NCBI GenBank assembly: GCA_038213805.1 | Contig: JBBQSO010000036.1 | Location: 1-49,364, forward strand | Length of the DNA stretch: 49,364 nucleotides | Direction of reading: 5' to 3' | DNA from: Planctomycetota bacterium | Lineage (GTDB): Bacteria > Planctomycetota > UBA11346 | In this document: piece by piece, positions 9,319 to 18,930 of the stretch | Numbering within the stretch: position 1 is the stretch's first letter | Layout of the letters: the number at the start of each line of letters is the position of its first letter | Made by a program: the position numbers and the translations under genes | The notes under the pieces: model-generated | Told to the model about the DNA's origin: nothing | Databases searched by the model: none | The model's input: the letters and a program-made list of their open reading frames with translations, nothing else

Positions 9319-10104
9319 ATGCCCATGCCCATGCCCCACCTGAGCGGATTACTGAAGGCCGTATTGGTTATTGCCTCTTTCGTCATCACCGTGGCGCATC
9401 CCGCATGTGCCCCGGCCGTCGAGCCGGCACCGGAACGGCTGGTGGTGCTGACCTTCGATGACTCCGTGGCGAGCCAGGCGACGTTCGTCGCTCCGCTGCT
9501 GAAGAAATATGGCTTTGGCGCCACCTTCTTCATCACCGAGGGCTTCGCGTTCGCGCAGGACAAGGAGCACTACATGACCTGGGCGCAGATCGCGGCGCTG
9601 GACGCCGCGGGGTTCGAGATCGGCAACCACACCCGCAACCACGCCGCCGTGACCAGCCGGACGCCCGCGGAGCTCGATGACGACATCGCGTACATCGAGC
9701 AGCAGTGCGAGAAGCACGGCATCCCGCGCCCGGTCAGCTTTTGCTATCCGGGCTACACGACCAGCCCCGCCGCGGTGACCGTGCTGCGCGCGCGCGGCTA
9801 CCGCTACGCCCGCGCCGGCGGCGCCAGCGCCTTCGTTCCCGCCGCCGATGAGTCCCTGACCCTGCCGCAGGCGTTCGATGGCAAACCAGACAGTACCCTC
9901 GAGCAGTTCACCGCCGCCGTGGCGCTGGCGGGCGACGGCAAGGTCGCCGTGATGACCTTCCACGGTGTCCCGGACATCCTGCATCCCTGGGTGAGCAGCG
10001 ATCCGGCGAAGTTCGAGACCTACCTGGCCCACCTGAAGCAGGCAGGCTGCAGGGTCATCGCGCTGCGGGACGTGGATAGGTTCCTGAAACCGCGGCAGCC
10101 CTGA
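9319..10104 (+). CDS. Secreted polysaccharide deacetylase (NodB/CE4 homology)
   Basis: CE4 motifs VVLTFDD, EIGNHTRNH, FCYPG and MTFHG; hydrophobic N-terminal signal. The start is one of three ATGs at 9319-9331. Confidence 0.88.
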   Translation: MPMPMPHLSGLLKAVLVIASFVITVAHPACAPAVEPAPERLVVLTFDDSVASQATFVAPLLKKYGFGATFFITEGFAFAQDKEHYMTWAQIAALDAAGFEIGNHTRNHAAVTSRTPAELDDDIAYIEQQCEKHGIPRPVSFCYPGYTTSPAAVTVLRARGYRYARAGGASAFVPAADESLTLPQAFDGKPDSTLEQFTAAVALAGDGKVAVMTFHGVPDILHPWVSSDPAKFETYLAHLKQAGCRVIALRDVDRFLKPRQP

Positions 10105-10145
10105 CGGCGCGGCAACGCCGCACGGACTGGCACTGGCTCAGGTCC

Positions 10146-11999
10146 TCACTTCCCCGGCGGCAGCGCGGCCAGGTCCGTACGCTGCCACGCGCGCACCCAG
10201 TCGATGACGAAGTCCGCCGGCAGGGTACGGTCGTCCAGCGGGGTGTTGTCCCAGCCGCCGGTGGGCATGGTGAACATCATGATTGCCGGGACGCTGGGGA
10301 CCCGCGCGTTCTCGAAGCGCAGCACTTCGCCGCCATTGGCGTAGTAGACCAGTCGGCCCGGCTCCCACAGCAGTCCGGCGACGATGAAGCCCTCGTGGTC
10401 GGGCTGGGCGTAGATGTTGCCGTTGCCGGTGGATTTGTGCTCCTTGCCGTAGCCGTCCCAGTGCATGGCGATGTTGTAACGGTTGGGCCCCCAGCCGGTG
10501 AGGTGCTCGAGGATGTCGCATTCCATCCCGCCCTGCCACGTCGACTGGCGATCGCCGGAACCGCCGCGGTCCGGCATCATCCAGAAGGCCGGCCACAGGC
10601 CAGGAGCCGCCGGCAACTTCATGCGCGCTTCGAAATAGCCGTAGCGCTGGGCCCAGTGCTCGAAGGTGTGCAGGTAGCCTTCGGCGTAATCGGTCTCGGG
10701 CTTGGCCGGATCATCATCGTGATGGCCGCGCTTCTTCTCGTCCCGGATGCGCACCACTCCACCGCCGACGATGACGTTGTCCCTGCTGAAGTGACCAAGC
10801 TTGTCCCAGTAGTTCGGTCCGGCCACCGACCAGCGGCTGGCATCAAGGGCCGGGGCATCGAATTCGTCGGCGAACGTCCGGGTCCAGTCGCCGCCGACCG
10901 GCGGGCGCTTGCCCAGCCACTCGGGCAGCACCTGGGGCGGCAGGTCGGCGACCACCTGCTCGATGACCACCGATCGCCCTTCGCCCGCTGGCACGGCGCC
11001 GAACTCGATCGCGCTCGCAGCGTTGTTGGTGAACTGGTTGCCGCTGCCGTTCTTCTCGTCCGTCCACACCGACGCGGCGGCGAAGGGCGCCCGGATGTCG
11101 ACGGCGGCACCGGGCGCGAGCGGTGCCGGCGCCTGGGCCCAGTCGCCGACCCCGGAATCGCTGCGCACGCGCACGCGCGGCTGGACGCTGGTCCGGCCGT
11201 CGTTGCGGACGTGCACGCGCACCTCCAGCCACTCGCGCAGGTTCCAGCGCCCACGCACGGGCTTGAGCCGCACCGGCTGCTCGCCCTGACCGGCGGCCCA
11301 GGCGATGCGCAGGGTCTGCGCCCCAGCGACGCTGGCGAGCGCTACGACCTGGCCATCCGCTTCGCACTGCGTGGCGGAGTCGAGTGAGGTGCCAGCGCCC
11401 AGGATGAGGCCGCGCTCCGGGACGATGCGCACCTGGTCGGCGGGGATCGGCGGCACTTCCCCGGGCGGACCGGCGCTGGTCAGGGAGGTGATGTGGAAGG
11501 ACTGCGGCTGCGCACTCGCGCCGCTGAAGATCAGGACCTGGGAGACGTGGGCGGGATCGAGCGGATAGCCCTGCTTGCCCCCGTCATAGCCATAGTAGAC
11601 GCGCAGCACGTCGCTGCCACCCGGCTCGAGATCGAGCGCGGCGGTGCTCCACGGCGCATTCCGCCAGTCGCCCGGGTTGTCGACGCGCATCACGACGCGC
11701 AGGCGTGCGGGCCCAGTATTCACCAGGCCGACCTCCACGTGACCGGTCAGGGCGAGATCCCAGACTGTGGTCGGCGGCGTGATGACCACCCCGGGATACT
11801 GGTTGGGACCGGGCGCGATGGTGACGACCACGCCATCGGCTGCGTGCGCTACCGCCACCTGCTTGGGATCGTTGGAGCGCAGGTGCGACTCGGCCCCGGG
11901 CGCAGTGACCTCGACCAGCGCCCGGACGGTCGGGTCCACGGCCAAGAGCGGGCCGCCCAGGGTCAGGAGCAGGCAGGCAGGGCCGAGGAGGCGGATCAT
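10146..11999 (-). CDS. Secreted glycoside hydrolase family 16 with two N-terminal CBM-like domains
   Basis: FADEFD, YGYFEARMKLP, GLWPAFWMMP, catalytic ECDILE and FVIDWVRAWQ. Signal peptide MIRLLGPACLLLTLGGPLLA from ATG 11999. Confidence 0.9.
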   Translation of the reverse strand: MIRLLGPACLLLTLGGPLLAVDPTVRALVEVTAPGAESHLRSNDPKQVAVAHAADGVVVTIAPGPNQYPGVVITPPTTVWDLALTGHVEVGLVNTGPARLRVVMRVDNPGDWRNAPWSTAALDLEPGGSDVLRVYYGYDGGKQGYPLDPAHVSQVLIFSGASAQPQSFHITSLTSAGPPGEVPPIPADQVRIVPERGLILGAGTSLDSATQCEADGQVVALASVAGAQTLRIAWAAGQGEQPVRLKPVRGRWNLREWLEVRVHVRNDGRTSVQPRVRVRSDSGVGDWAQAPAPLAPGAAVDIRAPFAAASVWTDEKNGSGNQFTNNAASAIEFGAVPAGEGRSVVIEQVVADLPPQVLPEWLGKRPPVGGDWTRTFADEFDAPALDASRWSVAGPNYWDKLGHFSRDNVIVGGGVVRIRDEKKRGHHDDDPAKPETDYAEGYLHTFEHWAQRYGYFEARMKLPAAPGLWPAFWMMPDRGGSGDRQSTWQGGMECDILEHLTGWGPNRYNIAMHWDGYGKEHKSTGNGNIYAQPDHEGFIVAGLLWEPGRLVYYANGGEVLRFENARVPSVPAIMMFTMPTGGWDNTPLDDRTLPADFVIDWVRAWQRTDLAALPPGK

Positions 12000-12187
12000 A
12001 GGAGCTCGACGTGGACGAGTGGGACAGACGCAGCCGCGGGCGAGCGACCAGACATGGTACCGCGCCCGGGTCGACAGGTTGCCAAGGCATCGCCGGGAAC
12101 GGCGTGCAGGCCGTTTCGGGGTGTCATTCCCCGCCACCCCGCGAAGACTGGTGCCGCCGTCCCGAGCCACGGCCACAGGGGTGACGC

Positions 12188-12595
12188 ATGCCCGCGCCGC
12201 GAACCGTCCACCGTGCGATCACCTGCGGCATCGCGGGCGTGTGGTTCATCAATGGCATGTTCTGCAAGGTCCTGGGCCTGGTCCCCAGGCATGAGCGGAT
12301 CGTCGCGCGCATCCTTGGCGGAGACCACGCCGCCCTCATCACCACCAGCATCGGCGCAGCCGAGGTGTGCATGGCGATCTGGGTCATCAGCGGCATCGCG
12401 CCACGCACCAGCGCCGCGCTGCAGGTCGCCCTCATCGCGACCATGAATGCCCTCGAGTTCCTCCTGGCCCCCGACCTGCTGTTGTGGGGTCATCTGAACG
12501 CGGCCTTCGCCCTCGCCTTCATCGTCCTCATCGCATGGAATGCACGCCACGTCCGGCGGGATCCCACGGCTTCCGATCACGGTCGGGCAAGCTGA
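12188..12595 (+). CDS. DoxX-like family membrane protein
   Basis: IAGVWFINGMFCKVLGLVPRHERIVARILG...QVALIATMNALEFLLAPDLLLWG; about 4 TM helices. Confidence 0.75.
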   Translation: MPAPRTVHRAITCGIAGVWFINGMFCKVLGLVPRHERIVARILGGDHAALITTSIGAAEVCMAIWVISGIAPRTSAALQVALIATMNALEFLLAPDLLLWGHLNAAFALAFIVLIAWNARHVRRDPTASDHGRAS

Positions 12596-12596
12596 C

Positions 12597-13337
12597 GTGC
12601 CGTCCTACCTGCAACGCCACCCGTTCGCCGTCGAGGCGTTCTTCGAGAGCTCCCTGGTGCTGGCCTTCGCCGTCCCCAAGGCCGAACTCCAAGCCCTCAT
12701 CCCGCCGCGCCTGGAACTCGACACCCTGAACGACACCCATGCCTTTCTCGCCGTCGCCATGGTCGAGACCCGCGACCTGCGGCCGCGGGGATTCCCGCGC
12801 TGGCTCGGTCAGGACTTCTTCCTGATCGGTTATCGGATCTTCGTCCGCTACACCGATCCCGCCGGCAAGCGCATGCGTGGGCTGTACATCCTCGGATCGC
12901 AGACCGACAGACGGCGGATGACGTTCTTCGGCAATCTCTTCACCCGCTACCGCTACTCGACCATCGCCATGACCCACAGCACCGGAAACGGGCAGCGATG
13001 CATCGCGGCGCCGCGCTCCGGTTTCGAAGTCACCATCGCGACCGGACCCGGCGACGTCCCCCTGCCCAGCCACTCCCCATTCAGCGACTGGCGTGAGGCA
13101 CGACGCTTCGCGGGCCCGCTGCCGTTCACCTTCACCGTCGACACCCAGGCGCGCGAGGTGCTGATCATCGAGGGCGTGCGCCAGCACTGGGTCCCCACAC
13201 CCGTGCAGGTCGTCGCGCACCGGGTGCCGTTCCTCGACGCGCTGAAGCTCAGCGGCGCGGTCCTGGCGAACGCTTTCCAGGTGCAGCAGGTCCCGTACCT
13301 GTGGAAGAAAGGCCGGGTCGATCGATGGGACCGGTGA
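12597..13337 (+). CDS. DUF2071 (YqjF-like) protein
   Basis: LQRHPFAVEAFFESSLVLAFAVP...AFLAVAMVETRDLRPRGFP...RGLYILGSQTD...ARRFAGPLPFTF. GTG start 1 nt after the upstream stop. Confidence 0.8.
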   Translation: MPSYLQRHPFAVEAFFESSLVLAFAVPKAELQALIPPRLELDTLNDTHAFLAVAMVETRDLRPRGFPRWLGQDFFLIGYRIFVRYTDPAGKRMRGLYILGSQTDRRRMTFFGNLFTRYRYSTIAMTHSTGNGQRCIAAPRSGFEVTIATGPGDVPLPSHSPFSDWREARRFAGPLPFTFTVDTQAREVLIIEGVRQHWVPTPVQVVAHRVPFLDALKLSGAVLANAFQVQQVPYLWKKGRVDRWDR

Positions 13338-14089
13338 GGACGCGGTTCCAGGGCGTCACGAACGTCCTGCGCTTCAACTGGCGCGCGTATGGGGCGGCCG
13401 CCTGCGTGGTTGCGGCGCTCAGCGTCGCCGCCGTACTCGCCGGGCCGCCGTGGCGCCCCTGGTGCCTCTTCACGCTGGCCGCGATCGCGGTGCCAAGCCT
13501 GGTGTCGGTCCTGGTCACTCACCACGTCTATGACCGCTCGGGCCTGTACGCCTTCCCCTGGTTGGATCGGCCCGACGAAGGCGACCTCGAGGCCATCGTC
13601 ACCATCACCGCCGGCTTCGACGAGACCAGCCCGACCTTGCGCGCACGGTACCCGCGCGCCGCGCTCCGCGTCCTGGATTTCCACGACGCGTTGCAGCGCA
13701 TCGAGCCTTCACTACGCGCCGCACGGCTGCTGCATCCCCCCGCCCAGGACACGACGCGCGTCGCGCCAGCGGCACTGACCTTGGCCAGCGCGTCCGCGGA
13801 CCGGATCTTCGTGATCTTCGCCGCCCACGAGATCCGCGACGAACCCACGCGGCTCGCGTTCTTCCGGGAAGTGCAGCGCGCCCTCAAACCGGATGGCCGC
13901 GCGATCGTCATGGAACATCTGCGTGACCTGGCCAACGTCCTGGCCTACACCATCGGCGCCCTCCATTTCCACCCGCGCGCGGCGTGGCTGCGCGCATTCG
14001 CCGGCGCTGGCCTGCGCATCGACCGCGAGGTGGCGTGCACGCCCTTCGTGGCGACCTTCATTCTGGAGCGACATGACCCTGCACCTTGA
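13325..14089 (+). CDS. Membrane-anchored class I SAM-dependent methyltransferase
   Basis: Two N-terminal TM helices, then ADRIFVIFAAHEIRD...FFREVQRALKPDGRAIVMEH. Overlaps the upstream gene. Start is 13325 (ATG) or 13301 (GTG). Confidence 0.8.
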   Translation: MGPVRTRFQGVTNVLRFNWRAYGAAACVVAALSVAAVLAGPPWRPWCLFTLAAIAVPSLVSVLVTHHVYDRSGLYAFPWLDRPDEGDLEAIVTITAGFDETSPTLRARYPRAALRVLDFHDALQRIEPSLRAARLLHPPAQDTTRVAPAALTLASASADRIFVIFAAHEIRDEPTRLAFFREVQRALKPDGRAIVMEHLRDLANVLAYTIGALHFHPRAAWLRAFAGAGLRIDREVACTPFVATFILERHDPAP

Positions 14090-14471
14090 GATCGTCGGCT
14101 GCCTGCTGATCGCACTCGCGTTGCTGCACCTCGCCTTCCCCAGGTATTTCGACTGGGCGCGCGAACTGCGCCCGCTGAGCCTGATGAACCGCCAGATGAT
14201 GTGGGTGCACACCTTCTTCATCGCGCTGGCCGTGCTGCTGATGGGCGTGCTGTGCGTGACGTGCCCCGACGACCTGGCCGCCACGCCGCTGGGGCGGCGC
14301 GTCGCCTGCGGCCTGGCCATCTTCTGGGGCGCCAGACTGGTCGTCCAATTCGTCGGTTATTCGGCGGAACTCTGGCGGGGAAAGACTTTCGAGACCATTG
14401 CCCACATCGGTTCCGCACTGCTGTGGGCGTATGTCACTGGGGTTTTCTGCATGGTCGCCTCTAGCAGCTGA
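14073..14471 (+). CDS. Conserved hypothetical 4-TM membrane protein
   Basis: MTLHLEIVGCLLIALALLHLAFPRYFDW...RQMMWVHTFFIAL...RLVVQFVGYSAELWRGKTFET. Overlaps the methyltransferase 3' end. Confidence 0.78.
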   Translation: MTLHLEIVGCLLIALALLHLAFPRYFDWARELRPLSLMNRQMMWVHTFFIALAVLLMGVLCVTCPDDLAATPLGRRVACGLAIFWGARLVVQFVGYSAELWRGKTFETIAHIGSALLWAYVTGVFCMVASSS

Positions 14472-14516
14472 TCAACACGCAGGGTCCGGCGTCCAGCGCC
14501 AGTCCGCTGCGTCACC

Positions 14517-14999
14517 TCAGCCCCGCCGCGCCGCCGCGATGGCCGCGACGTCAATCTTGCGCATGGTCATCATCGCCGCGAAGACGCGGCCGGCCTCTGC
14601 ACCGCCCGCCGCGATCGCGTCGCTGAGCGCTCGCGGAGTGATCTGCCACGAGAGGCCCCAACGGTCCTTGCACCATCCGCACTGGCTTTCGGCGCCGCCA
14701 GTGCCGACGATCGCGTTCCAATAGCGGTCGGTCTCCTCCTGGTCCTCGGTCGCGACCTGGAACGAGAAGGCCTCGCTGTGCGTGAAGACCGGACCGCCAT
14801 TGAGGCCAAGGCAGGGTATGCCCAGAACGGTGAACTCCACCGTCAGGACATCACCCTTCTTGCCGCCCGGATAATCACCGGGCGCGTGGTGCACCGCGGT
14901 CACGTGGCTGTCCGGAAAGGTGGCGGCGTAGAACTGCGCCGCCCCGTGCGCGTCCGTGTCAAACCACAGGCAGATGGTGTTCTTGGGCTTCATGATCAT
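14517..14999 (-). CDS. VOC family protein (PhnB / 3-demethylubiquinone-9 3-methyltransferase-like)
   Basis: KNTICLWFD, LNGGPVFTHSEAFSFQVATEDQEETDRYWNAI, CGWCKDRWGLSWQITP, MTMRKIDVA. Confidence 0.92.
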   Translation of the reverse strand: MIMKPKNTICLWFDTDAHGAAQFYAATFPDSHVTAVHHAPGDYPGGKKGDVLTVEFTVLGIPCLGLNGGPVFTHSEAFSFQVATEDQEETDRYWNAIVGTGGAESQCGWCKDRWGLSWQITPRALSDAIAAGGAEAGRVFAAMMTMRKIDVAAIAAARRG

Positions 15000-15203
15000 A
15001 GCTCCGTGGCGGAAATGGCGGTCTCGCCGGGTTGTAGACGCCTGCTGCGTTCTGAATAATCAGGTACCTGCCGTCGGGCAAGCCATCCCCTCGTGGCCTT
15101 ACGCAACCGCGTAAAGGTGTGCAGCCGCCAACATGCTACCGTGCGCCGAGCCACCGTGACCAGGTCGCTCCGCCGCGCCCGGCAGGCGCCTGTCGGGAGG
15201 CCC

Positions 15204-15896
15204 ATGCGCATTTTCACTCTTCTCTGCCCGCTGTTTGTGATCGCTGGCTGCGCTGCGCGCGCAGGTGATGCGAACGCGGGGTGGCAATCTCTTTTCGACG
15301 GCCACACGCTTGCCGGATGGTCCGCGCCTGACCCCAGTTATTTCCGCGTCGAGGACGGGGCGATAACCGGCGAGACGACGCGCGAGCACCAGCCGCCGCG
15401 CACCCAGTTCATCATCTGGCAGGACGGCACGGTGGCGGACTTCACGCTGACCTTCGAGTTCCGCATCTTCGGTCCGGCCTCGAACTCAGGGATGCAGTTC
15501 CGCAGCCGGGTCGGTGACTTCGGCCTGGTGCATGGCTACCAGGCCGACATCGACGGCCAGGGGAAATTCACCGCCGGCATCTGGGATGAGAACGGCATGC
15601 GCAGTTCGCTGTCCGCCCGTGGCCAGCACACCGTGATCGCCGCCGACGGCACCCGCACCGTCACGCCCCTGCCCGGCGCCGCCGCGCTCGCCGGCCTGCG
15701 CTGCGACCAGTGGACGCACTACCAGGTGAGCGCGCTCGGCCCGCGCATGGAACTGCGCATCAACGGCATAACCGCGACCATCCTGGAAGACCACGAAACC
15801 GGTAAAGCTGCCAGCAGCGGCATTCTGGCCATGCCCGTCATCGCCGGTGAACCGATGAAGGTGCAGTACCGCAACCTGCTGCTCAAGCGGTTGTGA
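15204..15896 (+). CDS. DUF1080 (3-keto-disaccharide hydrolase family) lipoprotein
   Basis: GGGAGG RBS; lipobox IAGC; WQSLFDGHTLAGW, NSGMQFRS, GYQADID, VQYRNLLLKRL. Confidence 0.88.
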   Translation: MRIFTLLCPLFVIAGCAARAGDANAGWQSLFDGHTLAGWSAPDPSYFRVEDGAITGETTREHQPPRTQFIIWQDGTVADFTLTFEFRIFGPASNSGMQFRSRVGDFGLVHGYQADIDGQGKFTAGIWDENGMRSSLSARGQHTVIAADGTRTVTPLPGAAALAGLRCDQWTHYQVSALGPRMELRINGITATILEDHETGKAASSGILAMPVIAGEPMKVQYRNLLLKRL

Positions 15897-16011
15897 GCGG
15901 CGCCAGGGCGGTTCGCCCGGCAGGTTTCGTCGATGCTCGCCAAACACTGATCGCGGCAGTGCTTCGCTCAGGGTGGGCAGTGGCCCGAATCCTCATCCCC
16001 TTCGCTGCTGC

Positions 16012-16527
16012 TCAGATCGGAGCGCCCGCTTCGTCAGCCGACGGACCATAGATCGCCGGCAGCGACACGCCCACCATGCGCAGGTACACGTCGAGCTGCC
16101 CGCGGTGATGGATCATATGGCTGAGGATGAATCCGCGCATCACCGCGATGCGCGGCATCGCGAGCACGGTGCGGTCACCGACCCGCAGCGTCCAGGTCGC
16201 CAGCAGATCCGCATCGCTCGCGGCCACCAGCGCTGCGCGCGACCTGGCGACGCCATCGGCGAGGTGCGCGAGCAGGGCCTGCGTGCCGGTAAAGGCAGGC
16301 ACCTGGAATTCCGCAGCGCTGGTGGCCGCGAAATCCAGGTGCGGCAGCGTCAGCGTGGCCACCGCCCAATGCGGGATGGTGGCGATGTGCATGGCGAGGT
16401 CGCCGAGCGCCGACGATTTCGGATGCGGCTTGAAGAGCGCGTGCGCCTCGGGCACGCGCTCGAGCAGGCGGCGTGTCGACGCCATCTCGTGGTCGAACTG
16501 CGGCGTCAGGGTCTCGCTGATTCTCAT
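16012..16527 (-). CDS. DinB family protein
   Basis: EMASTRRLLERVP...KPHPKS..LGDLAMHIA...HMIHHRGQLDVYLR...PAIYGPSADE. Confidence 0.92.
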   Translation of the reverse strand: MRISETLTPQFDHEMASTRRLLERVPEAHALFKPHPKSSALGDLAMHIATIPHWAVATLTLPHLDFAATSAAEFQVPAFTGTQALLAHLADGVARSRAALVAASDADLLATWTLRVGDRTVLAMPRIAVMRGFILSHMIHHRGQLDVYLRMVGVSLPAIYGPSADEAGAPI

Positions 16528-16650
16528 GCGTGCATCCTGGTGGGGATGCAGCTTTGTAGCCGCGGGTGCTTGACGTGCAATGCGTCGACTCGACGCGGAC
16601 TTTTCAGTCATGAACAGGCATCACCTTGGCGACCGCCGGAAGCTCCCAGT

Positions 16651-16720
16651 CTGGGAGCGCCGAGCCGCAGGAATGCTGTCTCTTTCGCTTGCGAGCCGAG
16701 CTGGGGCTCGGCGTTCCCAG
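16651..16720. repeat. REP/REPIN-like inverted pair
   Basis: ctgggagcgccgagcc (16651-16666) matches the reverse complement of ggctcggcgttcccag (16705-16720) at 15/16. The right arm contains its own hairpin gccgagc-tggg-gctcggc. Confidence 0.65.
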
Positions 16721-16758
16721 GAGAAGGAGAAGTCAGCCGATCAGGGACCGGATCCCCG

Positions 16759-17538
16759 TCAGCGGCCAGCGGTCCACAGGCGTTCGAGCAGCTGTTCCAT
16801 CTGTGGGTCATGCTGATGCAACTGGGCGCGATCGAAGGGAAAGAAGTCATTTCGACCGAAGAACGCCTCGCTGGACTCGGCGAAGTACTCCTTGTGGTTG
16901 GTCATCGCATAGGCCTTTTCGAAGGTATCTGGTCGACCATCGCCAGAACTGCGCTCGACCTTGTCGTAGGTGCCGCCCGCCTTCATCCGCTCAAACTGCG
17001 CAATCACCTCCGGCTGATCGAATCCCAGCACGAGATCGTGGAATCCGTGGGATAGCTCGTGCAGCACCAGATTGGGCATGCGCCTGATCTCGGCGGCAAA
17101 GATGCTGACGTTGGTGAACTCGACGCCCTTGACCATCAGCGGATTGCGGTTGACCGAACGCAGCCAATCCGCTCCGGGATGGTATTCGGCCGACGGTCGC
17201 ACGCCGGGATACTCGGGATTCACCCACAGCGTGATCGCGCGCAGCTTTTCCACCGCCCGCATCGGGACCACCTGGACGATGCCGTCCAGCTGGGAGCGCA
17301 GCAAGGCGAGCGCCGCCGCCGTCGCTTCCGCTTGGGATTTCCGCAGGTCGTCATGCACGCGCACGGTCCAGCCGTCGATGATAAGGGTCTGGTATCCGGC
17401 GACGGGCGCGGACGCAGCAGGCAGATCCTCGGACCGCAGTTGCGACGCACATGCCAGCAGCAGCACGAGAGGAAGTGCGATCAGGCAGGCGATCACCACA
17501 CGCACGCCAGCATGCATGGAACCGGTCATGTGCGTCAT
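16759..17538 (-). CDS. Zinc metallopeptidase (HExxH, lethal-factor-like fold), probable lipoprotein
   Basis: VLHELSHGFH plus downstream YAMTNHKEYFAESSEAFF; lipobox LLAC. Start uncertain among ATGs at 17517-17538. Confidence 0.82.
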   Translation of the reverse strand: MTHMTGSMHAGVRVVIACLIALPLVLLLACASQLRSEDLPAASAPVAGYQTLIIDGWTVRVHDDLRKSQAEATAAALALLRSQLDGIVQVVPMRAVEKLRAITLWVNPEYPGVRPSAEYHPGADWLRSVNRNPLMVKGVEFTNVSIFAAEIRRMPNLVLHELSHGFHDLVLGFDQPEVIAQFERMKAGGTYDKVERSSGDGRPDTFEKAYAMTNHKEYFAESSEAFFGRNDFFPFDRAQLHQHDPQMEQLLERLWTAGR

Positions 17539-17841
17539 GGGTGCGCTCCCGGGGTCATTCGTCCGACTGTTTCCGATGACACTGCACCGCCCTGCCGCGC
17601 GAACACCAGGCACACCTTGGTGCCAGCCGGATGAGTGACCGGTGAACCGAGATGAAGCAGAAATGCTGGAGCTGGTTGCGCCAGGAAATCAGGGATGGGA
17701 GCTCATCCCACACCGTCGCTCAGGATTCTCCCACTCACCTACACATCCTCGACTCGTGCATTCTGCTTACAAAAGAGTCGTCCAGCCGGGCCTTTTCATG
17801 GCTACGCCTTCCCCTCCGATATCGAAATCCCACTCGACAGT

Positions 17842-18050
17842 TACCCATTGGCATGGGCCGAAGAATTCGACCACCAGGGACCGTCGGTTCAGGATTCTGA
17901 GTGCTCCGTAACGTCAGCGCGCCATTCCACGAGCCGCATTTCCTGCTGCTCAATCTCGCGATCGGCGGCGATGCGGCGGGCGACCCAGGAGACACCGTCT
18001 TCCCGCAGAAGCTGAAGATCGACTGGTTACGCGTCTACCAGAAGCCCTGA
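17842..18050 (+). pseudogene. Collapsed GH16 (laminarinase-like) remnant
   Basis: YPLAWAEEFDHQG (GH16 N-terminal strand, from 17842) lies about 40 nt before, and out of frame with, PFHEPHFLLLNLAIGGDAAGDPGDTVFPQKLKIDWLRVYQKP* (17922-18050, classic GH16 C-terminus). The catalytic core is absent. Confidence 0.8.
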
Positions 18051-18169
18051 CCATGGGTCGGTGGATCGTGGAGCCCTGCCCGCCGTGACCGTCACGGCGC
18101 GAGGCGAGCCCCGATGCATTGCAGCCCTGTTTTTCTTGAACTGCCCGCATCCAGACCCGATACCACCCC

Positions 18170-18622
18170 TCACCGACGGCAGATGAGACCCGTGGCGGAG
18201 GGGTCGGAACTGGAGAACGCCACGCCCCACGGGTAGACGTCGATGGTCACACGAGCGACGTTCGAGACGCCGAAGGCATCGGTGCAGTCCCAGAAGAAAT
18301 CATCGCCCCCGACGAAGCCGTCGTCAGGGAGGTAGGTGAAATCACCGCTAAAGTCATCGACGAAGAGCAGCCCGTGTGCCGGTGCCAACTCGATCCAGAA
18401 ATCCGCGGTCGAAAAGTCGATGCTGGTCGCATCGAGCGCGCTGTCGAGGCGGTCGCCAGCCAGCATGGCATAGGATGCATCGAAGGCGAGGGGTGGGGGC
18501 GGAGGTAGCGGGGCTACATACACGTGCGCATCATACCCGGAACCGCCGCCGCACCCGGCCACCACCAGGGGCAGGCACAGCAGCCACAACGGCCAGCGTA
18601 ACGTATGACGGGTAAGTGACAT
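18170..18622 (-). CDS. Small lipoprotein with one cadherin/Big-like Ig domain
   Basis: GGAGGA RBS; lipobox VAGC; Pro linker; APAHGLL...GDFTYLPDDGFVGGDDFFWDCTDAFGVSNVARVTIDV. Confidence 0.78.
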   Translation of the reverse strand: MSLTRHTLRWPLWLLCLPLVVAGCGGGSGYDAHVYVAPLPPPPPLAFDASYAMLAGDRLDSALDATSIDFSTADFWIELAPAHGLLFVDDFSGDFTYLPDDGFVGGDDFFWDCTDAFGVSNVARVTIDVYPWGVAFSSSDPSATGLICRR

Positions 18623-18930
18623 GGATGATCCTCCTGGGATCGGTGCGGCCGCTGGCGGACAGGCGCGGTGCGCCGCTGCATCGCCACCGTTCAAGGTGCA
18701 CCTGCACGACGGTGTTCCAGGATGGAGATTCCGTTGACACTGACCGCTACGCATGGGACCAAAACTCACCAGCAGGACACGCTCTGCAGGCAAACATCCC
18801 GCTTGGGCTCAACCCGCCAACCGTCATCGTCGACCAGCGCCATGTGGCCCAGCAGCAACCGCGCGAACGTAACGTGAAGCGAACGCCCCGTGCCTTTGCC
18901 GTTCTATGTCAGCGCCTACCATTGCCGGAG

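Noticed and set aside
15075..15120. ggcaagcc...acgcaacc resembling a c-di-GMP-I riboswitch
   Set aside because: Lacks the GAAA tetraloop stem and the P3 pairing; only a small hairpin is present.
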